This document shows, in pieces, positions 17,822-27,640 of a DNA stretch of 64,000 nucleotides. Origin of the DNA: a virus. Lineage: Duplodnaviria; Caudoviricetes. Each line of letters begins with the position of its first letter. Within the stretch, counting starts at the first letter, position 1. The notes beneath the pieces were generated by a model that saw only the letters and a program-made list of their open reading frames with translations, was not told the DNA's origin and did not search any database. The stretch lies in the IMG/VR virus record IMGVR_UViG_3300007214_000006; one strand, written 5' to 3'. Made by a program: the position numbers and the translations under genes.

Positions 17822-18699
17822 ATCAACAAGAAATAATAATAAATCACAAATATATTTCTAATAATATAAATTTTAAATATTATAATAAACCATTTAATTA
17901 TTTAGTAATAGACAATCTATTTAATAGCGAAACATATTTAAAAATAAGTAAAAGATTTAAATCATTTATAGATAGAACAGTACCTTATAAAGATCAACCT
18001 GGAGCAACAAGCAACTACGAAGGTTACATATCAGGATTGTCAGAACAGGATTGTAATGAGGGATATGATTTTTTTATATCAAATGAGCTCAAAACATTCA
18101 CAGAAAAAACTTTTGACATTAAAGTAACAAAATATATGTCACCGTCTGCTCATTTTCATAAGTCTCCATCAAAAGATGGATTTATACATAGAGATATGAA
18201 TATATGTTCATTCAACAAAAATTATAAAAAAAAATTAATTCTCAATAATTGTTTTTATACAGATGACAGTTTAGGGAAGCAACCAGATTCAGAAAAAGTT
18301 ATACGCAGCATAGCTTTTTTGTATTACTTAAATAATCCTAAAAATTTAGAAGATTATTACGGCGGAGGTACTGGAATTTATGACGGATACAAGGGTAAAA
18401 AAATAGATGAAATTAAACCGGTAAATAATAGATTATTTATATTTGAAATTTGTCACAACAGTTTTCATGGTTATGTTGGTAGTAATTTTGATAGATCGTG
18501 TATTGTTGGCTGGTATCATTCGTCACCAGCATATATAGTTAACAGATACTGGAGGCACTACTATAAAATGGCTAAAAGAAATGAATCTTTAATAGAGAGA
18601 TGGACATCAAATCCAGAAGGTGGATATTGGCCAATTGAGAAAGATCCTTTATATCGTAATTATTTTAATGGTAGTCTAAATGACTTAATGAATAATTAA
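17812..18699 (+). CDS. 2OG-Fe(II) oxygenase (prolyl hydroxylase-like, 2OG-FeII_Oxy_3 type)
   Basis: HRD (HxD), IAFLYYLN, GGGT, NRLFIF, SFHG (distal His), DRS (2OG-binding Arg). Confidence 0.75.
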   Translation: MFIDQQEIIINHKYISNNINFKYYNKPFNYLVIDNLFNSETYLKISKRFKSFIDRTVPYKDQPGATSNYEGYISGLSEQDCNEGYDFFISNELKTFTEKTFDIKVTKYMSPSAHFHKSPSKDGFIHRDMNICSFNKNYKKKLILNNCFYTDDSLGKQPDSEKVIRSIAFLYYLNNPKNLEDYYGGGTGIYDGYKGKKIDEIKPVNNRLFIFEICHNSFHGYVGSNFDRSCIVGWYHSSPAYIVNRYWRHYYKMAKRNESLIERWTSNPEGGYWPIEKDPLYRNYFNGSLNDLMNN

Positions 18700-18733
18700 G
18701 TTAGGTGTAATCTTTTATATAGGATAATTATTT

Positions 18734-19039
18734 ATGGATATATTATCAATATTAATAGTATCATTGTTTATGTCTGTAAATATATTATTTTTTATACTTG
18801 GTTATTTTTTATGTTTTCTATTTAATAAAAATACCTTATCGATCAGCGGGATGAATAGTAAATCAGATAAAAGCAAAAAACAAACACTCAAAAATAGTAT
18901 AGATATAGATGATAAAAAAATTGTAACAAATATAAAAATAGATAATCTTGAGAAAAAATACGAAAACATAGCACAATCGACCACCTCAAATGAAAATATT
19001 TCATCATCAATAAATAAATTAAAGAGCATGAAAGGATAA
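18734..19039 (+). CDS. small single-pass membrane protein
   Basis: Hydrophobic N-terminal ~30 aa; charged tail ending INKLKSMKG; 4 nt before the actin-like gene. Confidence 0.7.
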   Translation: MDILSILIVSLFMSVNILFFILGYFLCFLFNKNTLSISGMNSKSDKSKKQTLKNSIDIDDKKIVTNIKIDNLEKKYENIAQSTTSNENISSSINKLKSMKG

Positions 19040-19043
19040 AATT

Positions 19044-20048
19044 ATGTCAAAGGGTTTAGATGTAGGAACAAGTTTTATAGTTATGTCAGAAGAAACAAAA
19101 TCAGGAAATATATCATATAAAGATTTTAGAGATGCTTTTTATATTATTAAACCAACAACGCCAGTTGCAACAAAAATGATAGAAAAAGGATTGAGCGGAA
19201 AAATATTTATAAAAGATAGTGATGGATCATTTATATTATTAGGTAAAGACGCAATAGAAAAAGCAGTAGAAAGAAATGATACAGCACGGCGCCCGATGTA
19301 TAAAGGAGTGGTATCAGCAAAAGAAAAAGACGCTAAAAGAATATTGGCATTTATTTTGCAAGAAGTAGTACAGAAATCAGAACAAGGAGGAGAAAAACTA
19401 ATCTTTTGTATTCCAGCTCAACCAGTAGATCAAGAAGACGAAGATTTTGATGTTGGATATCATGAAGATGTTGTAAAAACAATATTATCTGAAATTGGAT
19501 ATGATGCAAAAGCTATAAATGAAGCAGAGGCTTTGTGTTATGCTGAGTTAGAGAATGACGATTATACTGGGATAGGAATAAGTTGCGGAGCAGGAATGAC
19601 TAATGTTTGTGTTATGTTAAATGGTGAACCAACGGTAACATTTAGTACTACTAAATCAGGCGATTGGGTTGATAGAATGAGTGCGGTTGCAACAGGCGAA
19701 CCAGACAGTGTTGTTCAAGCAGAAAAAGAGGCTGGTGGTTTTAAAATAGGAGAAACAAACGATAATCCTGTTCTTGCGGCAGTATCGGCTTATTATGAAA
19801 GACTTATTGATTATACGACAAAACAGTTGAGTCATGCTTTAACTGGACATAAATTATTGCCTAAATTTAAAAATCCATTAACAATAGTTGTTGCTGGAGG
19901 AACATCTCAGGCTAATGGATATATAGAAGAATTTACTAAAAAAATAAATGAAAATAATTTTCCTCTACGAATAAAAGAAGTTAAACACGCAAGTGACCCT
20001 CTGCACGCTGTTGCAAAAGGCTGCCTTATAGCGGCTAAAATATTATGA
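19044..20048 (+). CDS. actin-like ATPase (MreB/MamK/FtsA superfamily)
   Basis: Phosphate-1 GLDVGTS, connect-1 INEAEA, phosphate-2 ISCGAGMTNV, adenosine VVAGGTS, connect-2 DPLHAVAKG. Confidence 0.88.
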   Translation: MSKGLDVGTSFIVMSEETKSGNISYKDFRDAFYIIKPTTPVATKMIEKGLSGKIFIKDSDGSFILLGKDAIEKAVERNDTARRPMYKGVVSAKEKDAKRILAFILQEVVQKSEQGGEKLIFCIPAQPVDQEDEDFDVGYHEDVVKTILSEIGYDAKAINEAEALCYAELENDDYTGIGISCGAGMTNVCVMLNGEPTVTFSTTKSGDWVDRMSAVATGEPDSVVQAEKEAGGFKIGETNDNPVLAAVSAYYERLIDYTTKQLSHALTGHKLLPKFKNPLTIVVAGGTSQANGYIEEFTKKINENNFPLRIKEVKHASDPLHAVAKGCLIAAKIL

Positions 20049-21541
20049 AATCATTTAAAATTCAATCAATAAATATACAAAATAATGCTGAAGGAGGTAA
20101 TTGCACATGCTCTAGTCAAAATTGCGTTTGGTTATGCGAAAATGGAAATTGGACAAAAACCAGCGAACCGTGTGGCTGTATAAGTTGTGTTGATATAAAT
20201 CAAACATTGCCATGCGATCAGAATAATGCAGGACAAACTTCTGTATCTATATGTATTGGTTTTGATAATGTATATAGATCATGTTTAAAAGGATATGATG
20301 CTAATGGATGTGCAATATTAGGTGATTGTTCTGGTCCTGGATGTATAAGACCATGCTCTGTCCAGAATCCATGTAATGATACGAATCCTTGTTGTAATAC
20401 TATTACAGTATGCGATAATTCGCCTGGTAGTCCAACATGCGGACAATGTGTTACTGAACAAACCGGTGAGCCTAGCGATTGTTTTAATTGTCCCGAATGC
20501 GATAGTTCTGATTGCGACCCAACTGATCCACCACCTTCACCACCTCCACCTCCTCCACCACCACCGCCCCCACCACCGCCCCCACCATCGCCACCATCGC
20601 CACCATCGCCCCCATCGCCACCATCGCCTAATCCGTGTGAAAAATATGCTACTGGAACATACGAGTATAGAAATTTAACTTGGGTTTGTGTCGATAAAAT
20701 AACTAGACAAGAAATAAGTGCTGATTGTTGCGATTTATTGCCGCCAGAGCCACAATATGCTTCTATTATAGTAACATGGTCCGAACAGAATACTGACCTA
20801 ATCGGATCGTGGTTCGGAAAGTGGAATCTTATAAAATACTCATCATCTGGACAATATATTCCATCGATTAATGAAGCACAAATTGGTACAGATATCGGCC
20901 CACTTATGTTAAGTTGTGCTGGAGGAACAGGAGACACATATGTTAGAGCATATTCTTCTGCTAGTCCTATTGTATTCAATAGAAAAATTGGAATAGCATC
21001 TGGTGATTTATTTCAAGTAAGTCAATCTAATAATCCGGTTACAATTGTTGATTTACCTTCAGGATATGTATCAGATACTCCTATTAGTGGATCTATGATT
21101 TTTAATAATGAATCTATTGACTCTGTTTTTGGCACACAACTAGATAATGGTCCAGTTATTGTCGCATATGATGGCTTTAACAATTCAATACTTTTTAAAT
21201 TAGAAGATACAGAATATCCTCCTCCTCCATCTCCACCTCCACCGCCGCCAACTCCAGAGCCAGAAATATTTGACCCATGTTCTGAATTACAAATATTAGC
21301 ACCAGTTATAGACAATATTGTTTTATTTGAAAAAATCTGTAATTGTAAATGTTATTCTAACTATAGGTGTTTCAATGGATTTTGTGTTCAAGATCCTAAT
21401 GGTAATTTTGATTCTTATTTATCTTGTTTGCATGCCTTGTGCGAAAGCGAGGATTGCGAAAATAATAATCCTTTGCCAGAACCAACTCCTTTACCAAAAT
21501 ATCCTTCGGTATGTCAAGACCCATTAATTATTGATCAATAA
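20045..21541 (+). CDS. Cys-rich, poly-proline (extensin-like) protein
   Basis: Dense Cys N- and C-domains; SPPPPPPPPPPPPPPSPPSPPSPP linker. Confidence 0.75.
   Translation: MKSFKIQSINIQNNAEGGNCTCSSQNCVWLCENGNWTKTSEPCGCISCVDINQTLPCDQNNAGQTSVSICIGFDNVYRSCLKGYDANGCAILGDCSGPGCIRPCSVQNPCNDTNPCCNTITVCDNSPGSPTCGQCVTEQTGEPSDCFNCPECDSSDCDPTDPPPSPPPPPPPPPPPPPPPPSPPSPPSPPSPPSPNPCEKYATGTYEYRNLTWVCVDKITRQEISADCCDLLPPEPQYASIIVTWSEQNTDLIGSWFGKWNLIKYSSSGQYIPSINEAQIGTDIGPLMLSCAGGTGDTYVRAYSSASPIVFNRKIGIASGDLFQVSQSNNPVTIVDLPSGYVSDTPISGSMIFNNESIDSVFGTQLDNGPVIVAYDGFNNSILFKLEDTEYPPPPSPPPPPPTPEPEIFDPCSELQILAPVIDNIVLFEKICNCKCYSNYRCFNGFCVQDPNGNFDSYLSCLHALCESEDCENNNPLPEPTPLPKYPSVCQDPLIIDQ
20528..20630 (+). repeat. coding poly-Pro/SPP repeat
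   Basis: CCA/CCT/CCG runs and CCATCGCCA units. Confidence 0.9.
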
Positions 21542-22557
21542 TGAAAATTTTTAAACTTAACAATATATACCAAATACAAAATAATGAATCAGAAGACAGT
21601 ACATGCTCGCAATGCTGTGCTGTGCCAAAATTATGCGACGAGTATAGCAGTTCAGCGGGAGCCAAGGTATGCATACAGGCAACATCTAAAGCAGATTGTA
21701 CTTCTAAAAATCTAGAGGATTTCGATTTTGAAGAAGATCCTGATTTAATATGTGGTTTTTATAAAAGACCAACTTATGGTGGCATTGTGGATGGCGCATC
21801 AAGTGCGACTTGTTATTTTGATAAAGACGGTAACGGATGCTACAGTCTTTTAACGTGTCGGCAATTAAAAAAACAAGGAGAATCATATACGGAATGCGAA
21901 TGTAAAGAAGAATGCGAAGAAAGAGGAGGAGAATTTAGCCAGCTGCCACCAGGTGATCCAGGATCTCCATGTGCAGGGAATTTTATAAATGGACAGTGCG
22001 GAAATTGCGAAGATAAAGAAGAACCACCGATAGATGATCCAGGTGGAACTATACCGCCACCACCACCGCCGCCACCACCAGGAGTGCCAAGTCCACCATC
22101 CGCTCAAGATCCATCCCCAGAAAATCCTCCTACTTTTCCTCCGTACGCACCGCCTTTTTCGCCGCCATCCGGAGTTCCAGGCCCACCAAGTCCACCACCA
22201 GGAGGACCAGCACAAGAATGTCCTATACCAAAAACACTAGAAGTAGAATCCACAATAGGATTTGATCCAAACGGAGGAACATTAGATATATATGACTCAA
22301 ACAATAATTGGATAACCTCTGTTACATATGACTATATTTTTGGTAATTTATTTATAAATATAATAACCAGTAATTCTATATTAAATAATTATATTGTTAC
22401 ACAGTATATAGTAGCGACTCAACAAACAATTACAACAAAAGCCATAAATACAAGTACAATTGTATATACATCTTGTGGTAATGATATTAATGGAGATTTA
22501 ATATGTTGCCCACAAGGTTGGTCATATACTGACGGTAAATGTTGTCCGCCATCATGA
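21541..22557 (+). CDS. Cys-rich, proline-rich protein (related to 20045 ORF)
   Basis: Shared N-terminus MK.FK...I..IQNN; Cys-rich domain; PPPPPPPGVPSPP tract. Confidence 0.75.
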   Translation: MKIFKLNNIYQIQNNESEDSTCSQCCAVPKLCDEYSSSAGAKVCIQATSKADCTSKNLEDFDFEEDPDLICGFYKRPTYGGIVDGASSATCYFDKDGNGCYSLLTCRQLKKQGESYTECECKEECEERGGEFSQLPPGDPGSPCAGNFINGQCGNCEDKEEPPIDDPGGTIPPPPPPPPPGVPSPPSAQDPSPENPPTFPPYAPPFSPPSGVPGPPSPPPGGPAQECPIPKTLEVESTIGFDPNGGTLDIYDSNNNWITSVTYDYIFGNLFINIITSNSILNNYIVTQYIVATQQTITTKAINTSTIVYTSCGNDINGDLICCPQGWSYTDGKCCPPS

Positions 22558-22569
22558 TTGGAGAATATC

Positions 22570-23337
22570 ATGAAATATTTTTATTTATTAGTTTTTTTAT
22601 TATATAATATATCTACTGCTATGTCTGGAACAATAGATCCTTTAAACCAAGATATAGAGTATATAAATTATGGAAAAAAATTTAATTATGTTGGTAAATT
22701 ATGTGGTATAGGTGGTGACGAAAAACAATATTGTGCTTCTGCTGTTGCTATAAGCGATAGATTTATTCTTACTGCTGCTCATGTTATAAAAGGAGCAAAA
22801 AGCTGTACAATAACAATAAATGATAAAATTATTAATATTGTTAGTTTAGAATATCCTCAAAATTTTAATCCTGATGATTTTGGACATAATGATATTGCAA
22901 TAGGTTATTGTGAAAATATAATTGGTCTAAATTATTATCCAGAATTATACGAAGAAACGGATGAAATAAATAAATTATGTAGTATGTCTGGTTATGGTCT
23001 AACCGGAACTTTTATTACTGGAGCTGTTAAATCAGATCAGCATAGAAGAGCAGGATCGAATATAATAGATGGTATACAAAATGATTTATTAATATGCTCA
23101 CCGTCCGGACAAGACAATAATAGAACATCTTTAGAATTTATGATAGCAAGCGGAGATAGTGGAGGGGGTTTATTTATTGATAATAAATTAGCAGGAATAA
23201 ATTCTTGTGTGATGGCATCTGATAAAAAACCAGACTCAACATATACAGACGAATGCGGCCATACAAGGATTAGCAAATTTAGTAAATGGATTAAAGATAG
23301 AACAATTAAAATTATGGAGAAATATAATGAAAAATAA
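22570..23337 (+). CDS. trypsin-like (S1) serine protease with signal peptide
   Basis: ILTAAHV, DIAI, GDSGGGL; GGAG RBS before ATG 22570; N-terminus MKYFYLLVFLLYNISTAMS. Confidence 0.88.
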   Translation: MKYFYLLVFLLYNISTAMSGTIDPLNQDIEYINYGKKFNYVGKLCGIGGDEKQYCASAVAISDRFILTAAHVIKGAKSCTITINDKIINIVSLEYPQNFNPDDFGHNDIAIGYCENIIGLNYYPELYEETDEINKLCSMSGYGLTGTFITGAVKSDQHRRAGSNIIDGIQNDLLICSPSGQDNNRTSLEFMIASGDSGGGLFIDNKLAGINSCVMASDKKPDSTYTDECGHTRISKFSKWIKDRTIKIMEKYNEK

Positions 23338-24241
23338 AATAGGTTTATTGCCATATATAAGAGAAGATGTGTTTGGTATAACTACAGATACTCAACAAAC
23401 ATGTGGATGGGAAATAAAAAAGTTTAATATACAATCTTTATGGAATAAAACACAAGGAGAAGATGTTATTGTGTCAGTAATAGATACTGGATGCGATATG
23501 GATCATGAGGATCTTAAAAATAATATTATAGATAGTGCAAATTTTGTAGATTCTAGTAAAAAAGCAACAGATGTTGCTGGGCATGGAACTCATGTTGCTT
23601 CTACAATAGCGGCGGAAAATAATGGAACAGGAATAGTTGGCGTTGCTCCTAAAACTAAAATTATAGCAGTGAAGGCTCTTGGGGATAATGGTAATGGAAA
23701 TATTCGTAATATATGTAATGCAATAAAATGGTCAGCAGATAGCGGGGTAGATTTTATTACTATGAGTTTAGGATCTCATCAATCTTCTATTGATCTAAAA
23801 ACAGCTATAGATTATGCTGCAAATAAAGGTTGTATAATTTTTTGTGCTGCTGGAAATTCAGGAAAAGATACAGATATTATGTATCCAGCAAAATATGATC
23901 ATACTATCGCAATAGGAGCAGTAAATGAGAATTTAGAAAGAACAGACTTTACATGTAGTGGCGAATCATTGGATTTTTTAGCACCAGGATTCAATATATT
24001 AGGTTGTGTACCAGGAAATAGATATGCGCTGATGAGCGGTACAAGTATGAGCAATCCGTTTGTTGTAGGATGCGCGTCGTTGTTATGTTCTTACAACAAA
24101 AAATATAAAAAGTATCAACTAAATACATGTGAAGATTATATAGAAGTGCTTAAAACCCAAACAATAAAATTATCAAACCCATTATATCAATCTAAAAAAT
24201 ATCAAGGTTATGGTATTATCAGTATAAATAATTTATTGTAA
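23327..24241 (+). CDS. S8 subtilisin-like peptidase
   Basis: VIDTG, GHGTHVAST, AAGNSG, SGTSMSNP. Confidence 0.92.
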   Translation: MKNKIGLLPYIREDVFGITTDTQQTCGWEIKKFNIQSLWNKTQGEDVIVSVIDTGCDMDHEDLKNNIIDSANFVDSSKKATDVAGHGTHVASTIAAENNGTGIVGVAPKTKIIAVKALGDNGNGNIRNICNAIKWSADSGVDFITMSLGSHQSSIDLKTAIDYAANKGCIIFCAAGNSGKDTDIMYPAKYDHTIAIGAVNENLERTDFTCSGESLDFLAPGFNILGCVPGNRYALMSGTSMSNPFVVGCASLLCSYNKKYKKYQLNTCEDYIEVLKTQTIKLSNPLYQSKKYQGYGIISINNLL

Positions 24242-25159
24242 AATAGTTAATTCTTCTAAGAAATTAAAAATAATATTAAACTGATTAATTGGTAAACAGT
24301 TGTCTACATACCATTCATATGCATTCTGTATTATATTTTCTTTATATTGTAAATTTCGAATTTCTTCTATTTTATTTAATATTTCTATATCTATATTTTG
24401 ATAATTTAAAATTTTATTTGTAATATTTTCATCTATAAAATTAATATAATGTATATTTTCTAGTAATGGATTATGAGTATTAGATTCAAATGGAGACCTT
24501 AAATTTAATACCTTGAGACCAAATAACTCCAAATCTCTATAACAGATATTAGCGGCGCCATTTAAACTCAACCCATATAAGTGTTGAGAAAGTTCATTAT
24601 AATAATCTTTTTTTTGTTTTATAGTATGTGGTTTAATATATATATTAAAATTATCATACTGTTTTAATACATTTAATATATTTTCTCTGATACCATGAGC
24701 CATTCCGGCAAAATAAATTTGTTCATAATTTTTGATATTGTTGTTAAAATTTGATATTAGATCATGATCGGACCAATTTTCTAAATAATATACGGATGGA
24801 CAAACATAAGAATATTTATCTATTAAAAATTTACTAATATTTGATACAGCAGAAAATTTTACAATATTTAATTGTCGTTTATTACACCATTCAATTGTAG
24901 CATTAGAGTAATCATACCAACTATGAACAAAAAACTTTTCTGTGTTTTTATTATATAGTATTAAATTAAACCAATTAAATAAACTATCAGAATTATTATC
25001 TAGCACATGATTAAATCTATTAGCAAATAACGATATCGGTTCATAAGTTAAATTAATATTAAGTTTGGATTGGATACTATTATGAAAATATTTATAAAAT
25101 TCACTAACATACCAGTCGTTATATCCTTGTTCGTAAGATATAATGTATTCTGAATTCAT
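24233..25159 (-). CDS. putative glycosyltransferase (GT-B/exostosin-like)
   Basis: IYFAG...IRENIL...YYNELSQHLYGLSLNG..NICYRDLELFG pattern. Confidence 0.5.
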   Translation of the reverse strand: MNSEYIISYEQGYNDWYVSEFYKYFHNSIQSKLNINLTYEPISLFANRFNHVLDNNSDSLFNWFNLILYNKNTEKFFVHSWYDYSNATIEWCNKRQLNIVKFSAVSNISKFLIDKYSYVCPSVYYLENWSDHDLISNFNNNIKNYEQIYFAGMAHGIRENILNVLKQYDNFNIYIKPHTIKQKKDYYNELSQHLYGLSLNGAANICYRDLELFGLKVLNLRSPFESNTHNPLLENIHYINFIDENITNKILNYQNIDIEILNKIEEIRNLQYKENIIQNAYEWYVDNCLPINQFNIIFNFLEELTILQ

Positions 25160-25160
25160 T

Positions 25161-26021
25161 TTAGTGCTCAGTACTATGTACTATACCTCCTCTGGGACCT
25201 GTTTTATATCCATTTGGAGTAAAAATTTTATTCCATATAGGATGAGTAAAGGAGATATCATAGCTATTAAAACCAGCTAAGTATGCAGATACCCCTATTT
25301 CAAAACCCTCCGCCCATGTACCATAAGAATAATCTCTATTTACTAAATAATCATGAAAAAATTTCCATTGTTTAACCATTTTTTTTAGTTTTTGGTTTGT
25401 ATTATAAAATAATAATAAATATTCTGCAGGGAGGCCGGCGTTACTCCACGGATGATTAGGATAATCTTTGATTATTTTGGTATTTTTATCAACTAAATCA
25501 TAATTAAATAATTTATGCCAAAAAATTGTACATTTATCATAATTTGGTTCTATTTTATCTAAATCCTGTAAACAATTTGATGCAAATGTATCTAGAACGA
25601 TTTGAAATTTTAAATCTGTTCTTGGGCCAAAGAAATCGAATTGTTGGTTTAGCTTATCATTTATAAAATTTATTACAATATCATTATCCCACCAATCGAA
25701 AGAATTATCACAGTCAGTAAAAATGATTAAAGCATCTTCAATATCTTGAACATGCTCTAAACATAAATATCTCATATTAAAATTAAAATCTGAAGAAGCT
25801 TTTTGTTTTCCTATTGGGAGCCTAACTTTTAAAGTTGATCTATCTATTTCTTTAATTTTAATTCTATCATGCTTGCCATAATGTTCTTCTATCACATACC
25901 TACAGTCGGTAGTGATATATATATCAATATTTGAAAGATTTAAGACATCTTCTATCATTCTTAATGTATAATCTCTTGTATAATTTTCGCCTAGACTGAG
26001 TGTTGTTATTATAATATTCAT
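25161..26021 (-). CDS. putative nucleotide-diphosphosugar transferase (GT-A)
   Basis: N-terminal IIITTL..G..Y, IIFTDCD (DxD), WAEG; glycan-cluster context. Confidence 0.45.
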   Translation of the reverse strand: MNIIITTLSLGENYTRDYTLRMIEDVLNLSNIDIYITTDCRYVIEEHYGKHDRIKIKEIDRSTLKVRLPIGKQKASSDFNFNMRYLCLEHVQDIEDALIIFTDCDNSFDWWDNDIVINFINDKLNQQFDFFGPRTDLKFQIVLDTFASNCLQDLDKIEPNYDKCTIFWHKLFNYDLVDKNTKIIKDYPNHPWSNAGLPAEYLLLFYNTNQKLKKMVKQWKFFHDYLVNRDYSYGTWAEGFEIGVSAYLAGFNSYDISFTHPIWNKIFTPNGYKTGPRGGIVHSTEH

Positions 26022-26072
26022 AAATTAATTTTACCTTTTTGTATTAGTTGTATACCAGTAAGAAAGTTATGA

Positions 26073-26771
26073 TTAAAGATTATAGTTTGTTGTATATATA
26101 ATATTATATAAGCTTTGCATTATTTGACATTGTTTACTGGGATTATACTCTGTTTCTATTTTGCATCTAAGATGAAAATTATTACCAATATCTTTTAGTA
26201 TATCTTTATTAGTAGGAGGTTCTGTAAATTTAATCCAATTGGTACGTATAAGATTAATTTTATAATCGAATAATAGCTTACCAACACTCATATCATCTGG
26301 ATAACTATAATTCCATTTATTTTGGTTTTCTACTATATATTGCACTAAATCCCTACTTATAATATAAGCTGATCCAGTTGCAAAGTCTATATTTAAATCC
26401 TCTGTATGATATGGTATCGGATATCCTGCATAAAATTTATTTTTAGGTTTATCATTTAAAAAATTAATTAGATTATATAGATGTATGAAACTAGAGCTAT
26501 TGGTTCTTAAAATAAAATCAAATTCTTTATTTTGTAATAAATATTCAAAAGCTTTAATAGTTTTATGCCCTATATTAGAATAAGACTCTAAGCCATTTAT
26601 AAAAATATTATTGTTTAAACACTTAGTACTATTATTGTCTAATAATTTATTATAGTAAAAAAAAATTTCTGTAAAAGGTGTTTTGACGCCGCCCCAGGTA
26701 GATTTAATACAATCATCCATAACAGAAAAACCATTATTATTACAACTTAATACCAAAATTAAAATTTTCAT
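26073..26771 (-). CDS. GT31-like (galactosyltransferase/fringe) glycosyltransferase
   Basis: KTIKAFEYL, FDFILRTNSSSFI, FATGSAYIISRDLV, DDMSVG. Confidence 0.7.
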   Translation of the reverse strand: MKILILVLSCNNNGFSVMDDCIKSTWGGVKTPFTEIFFYYNKLLDNNSTKCLNNNIFINGLESYSNIGHKTIKAFEYLLQNKEFDFILRTNSSSFIHLYNLINFLNDKPKNKFYAGYPIPYHTEDLNIDFATGSAYIISRDLVQYIVENQNKWNYSYPDDMSVGKLLFDYKINLIRTNWIKFTEPPTNKDILKDIGNNFHLRCKIETEYNPSKQCQIMQSLYNIIYTTNYNL

Positions 26772-27640
26772 AAAAATTGTTTTACTTTTTCTTTAAGATC
26801 TTGGTTATTTTTTAAAAATTCCATAAGTATTTTTTTTGAGTTTGTTTCTGTTTCTATAAATCTACCATGTCTAATTATTTCTCCGTAGTCAAAAACAAGA
26901 TAATTAGAACCTATTGGCCTATCATCAATATTATATGATAGTGGTGGATAATTAATTATTAAATTTGTAAAATTATAATCCAAAGATGTAATATCTGTTT
27001 CATCATAATAATTAGTTTCATAATTTAAATTACGATAATATCCTTTTTTATTTTTTATATTTGTGTTATCTAAAGAAGAAATTGATAATTCTGGATTATA
27101 TTCAAGTAATTCTATAAAAGATTGTTTTTTCCAGATGCATGGCTGGACAGAATATAAGTGCCTATAACTATTTGGAATTTTATATAATGTACCACCAGAC
27201 ATTTGAAACTTATTTAAATGTGTTTCTATTTTTGGCCACTCTAATATAATATGATCACAATAATTTAAACTAGCAAATGAAAAAAAATCACAATTATAAC
27301 TTTTAATTATATTTAATATTGAATAAAAATTATTAATATTAATTTTTGAATTTATCATATAATCATCACAAAAAAATAAAATATATTCTGTATTTATATT
27401 TCTAAGAGCTTTAAGCATAGATTGTGCAAAGTGATTGCCGGATGCAGAAAAGTTTACATTAGCATCAATAACATTTATTTCTTCAAAATTAATAGAAGTA
27501 TTTTTATTAAATTTATTTGTAACAACATATATATTTTTAGTAATATCTTTTAAATATTTTTTAAATCTTGGTAAAGTAATATTAAAAATATTAATATATT
27601 TTTCATTAGTAAAAATTATAGAGCTAATATTAGTGTTCAT
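26768..27640 (-). CDS. putative glycosyltransferase (GT-A)
   Basis: ALRNINTEYILFFCDDY, YSVQPCIWKK. Confidence 0.5.
   Translation of the reverse strand: MNTNISSIIFTNEKYINIFNITLPRFKKYLKDITKNIYVVTNKFNKNTSINFEEINVIDANVNFSASGNHFAQSMLKALRNINTEYILFFCDDYMINSKININNFYSILNIIKSYNCDFFSFASLNYCDHIILEWPKIETHLNKFQMSGGTLYKIPNSYRHLYSVQPCIWKKQSFIELLEYNPELSISSLDNTNIKNKKGYYRNLNYETNYYDETDITSLDYNFTNLIINYPPLSYNIDDRPIGSNYLVFDYGEIIRHGRFIETETNSKKILMEFLKNNQDLKEKVKQFL

Noticed and set aside
20218-20979. 253-aa minus-strand Gly-rich ORF, and similar ones at 54388-55029, 13092-13386, 21022-21315, 22104-22304 and 59635-59838
   Set aside because: Antisense shadows of Pro/Thr codon repeats, which lack stops on the reverse strand; no RBS or domain motifs
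22555-22569. In-frame TGA between the Pro-rich ORF and the trypsin ORF suggesting readthrough or recoding
   Set aside because: GGAG RBS plus ATG 22570 and a signal peptide explain independent initiation; other genes end normally in TGA, TAG and TAA
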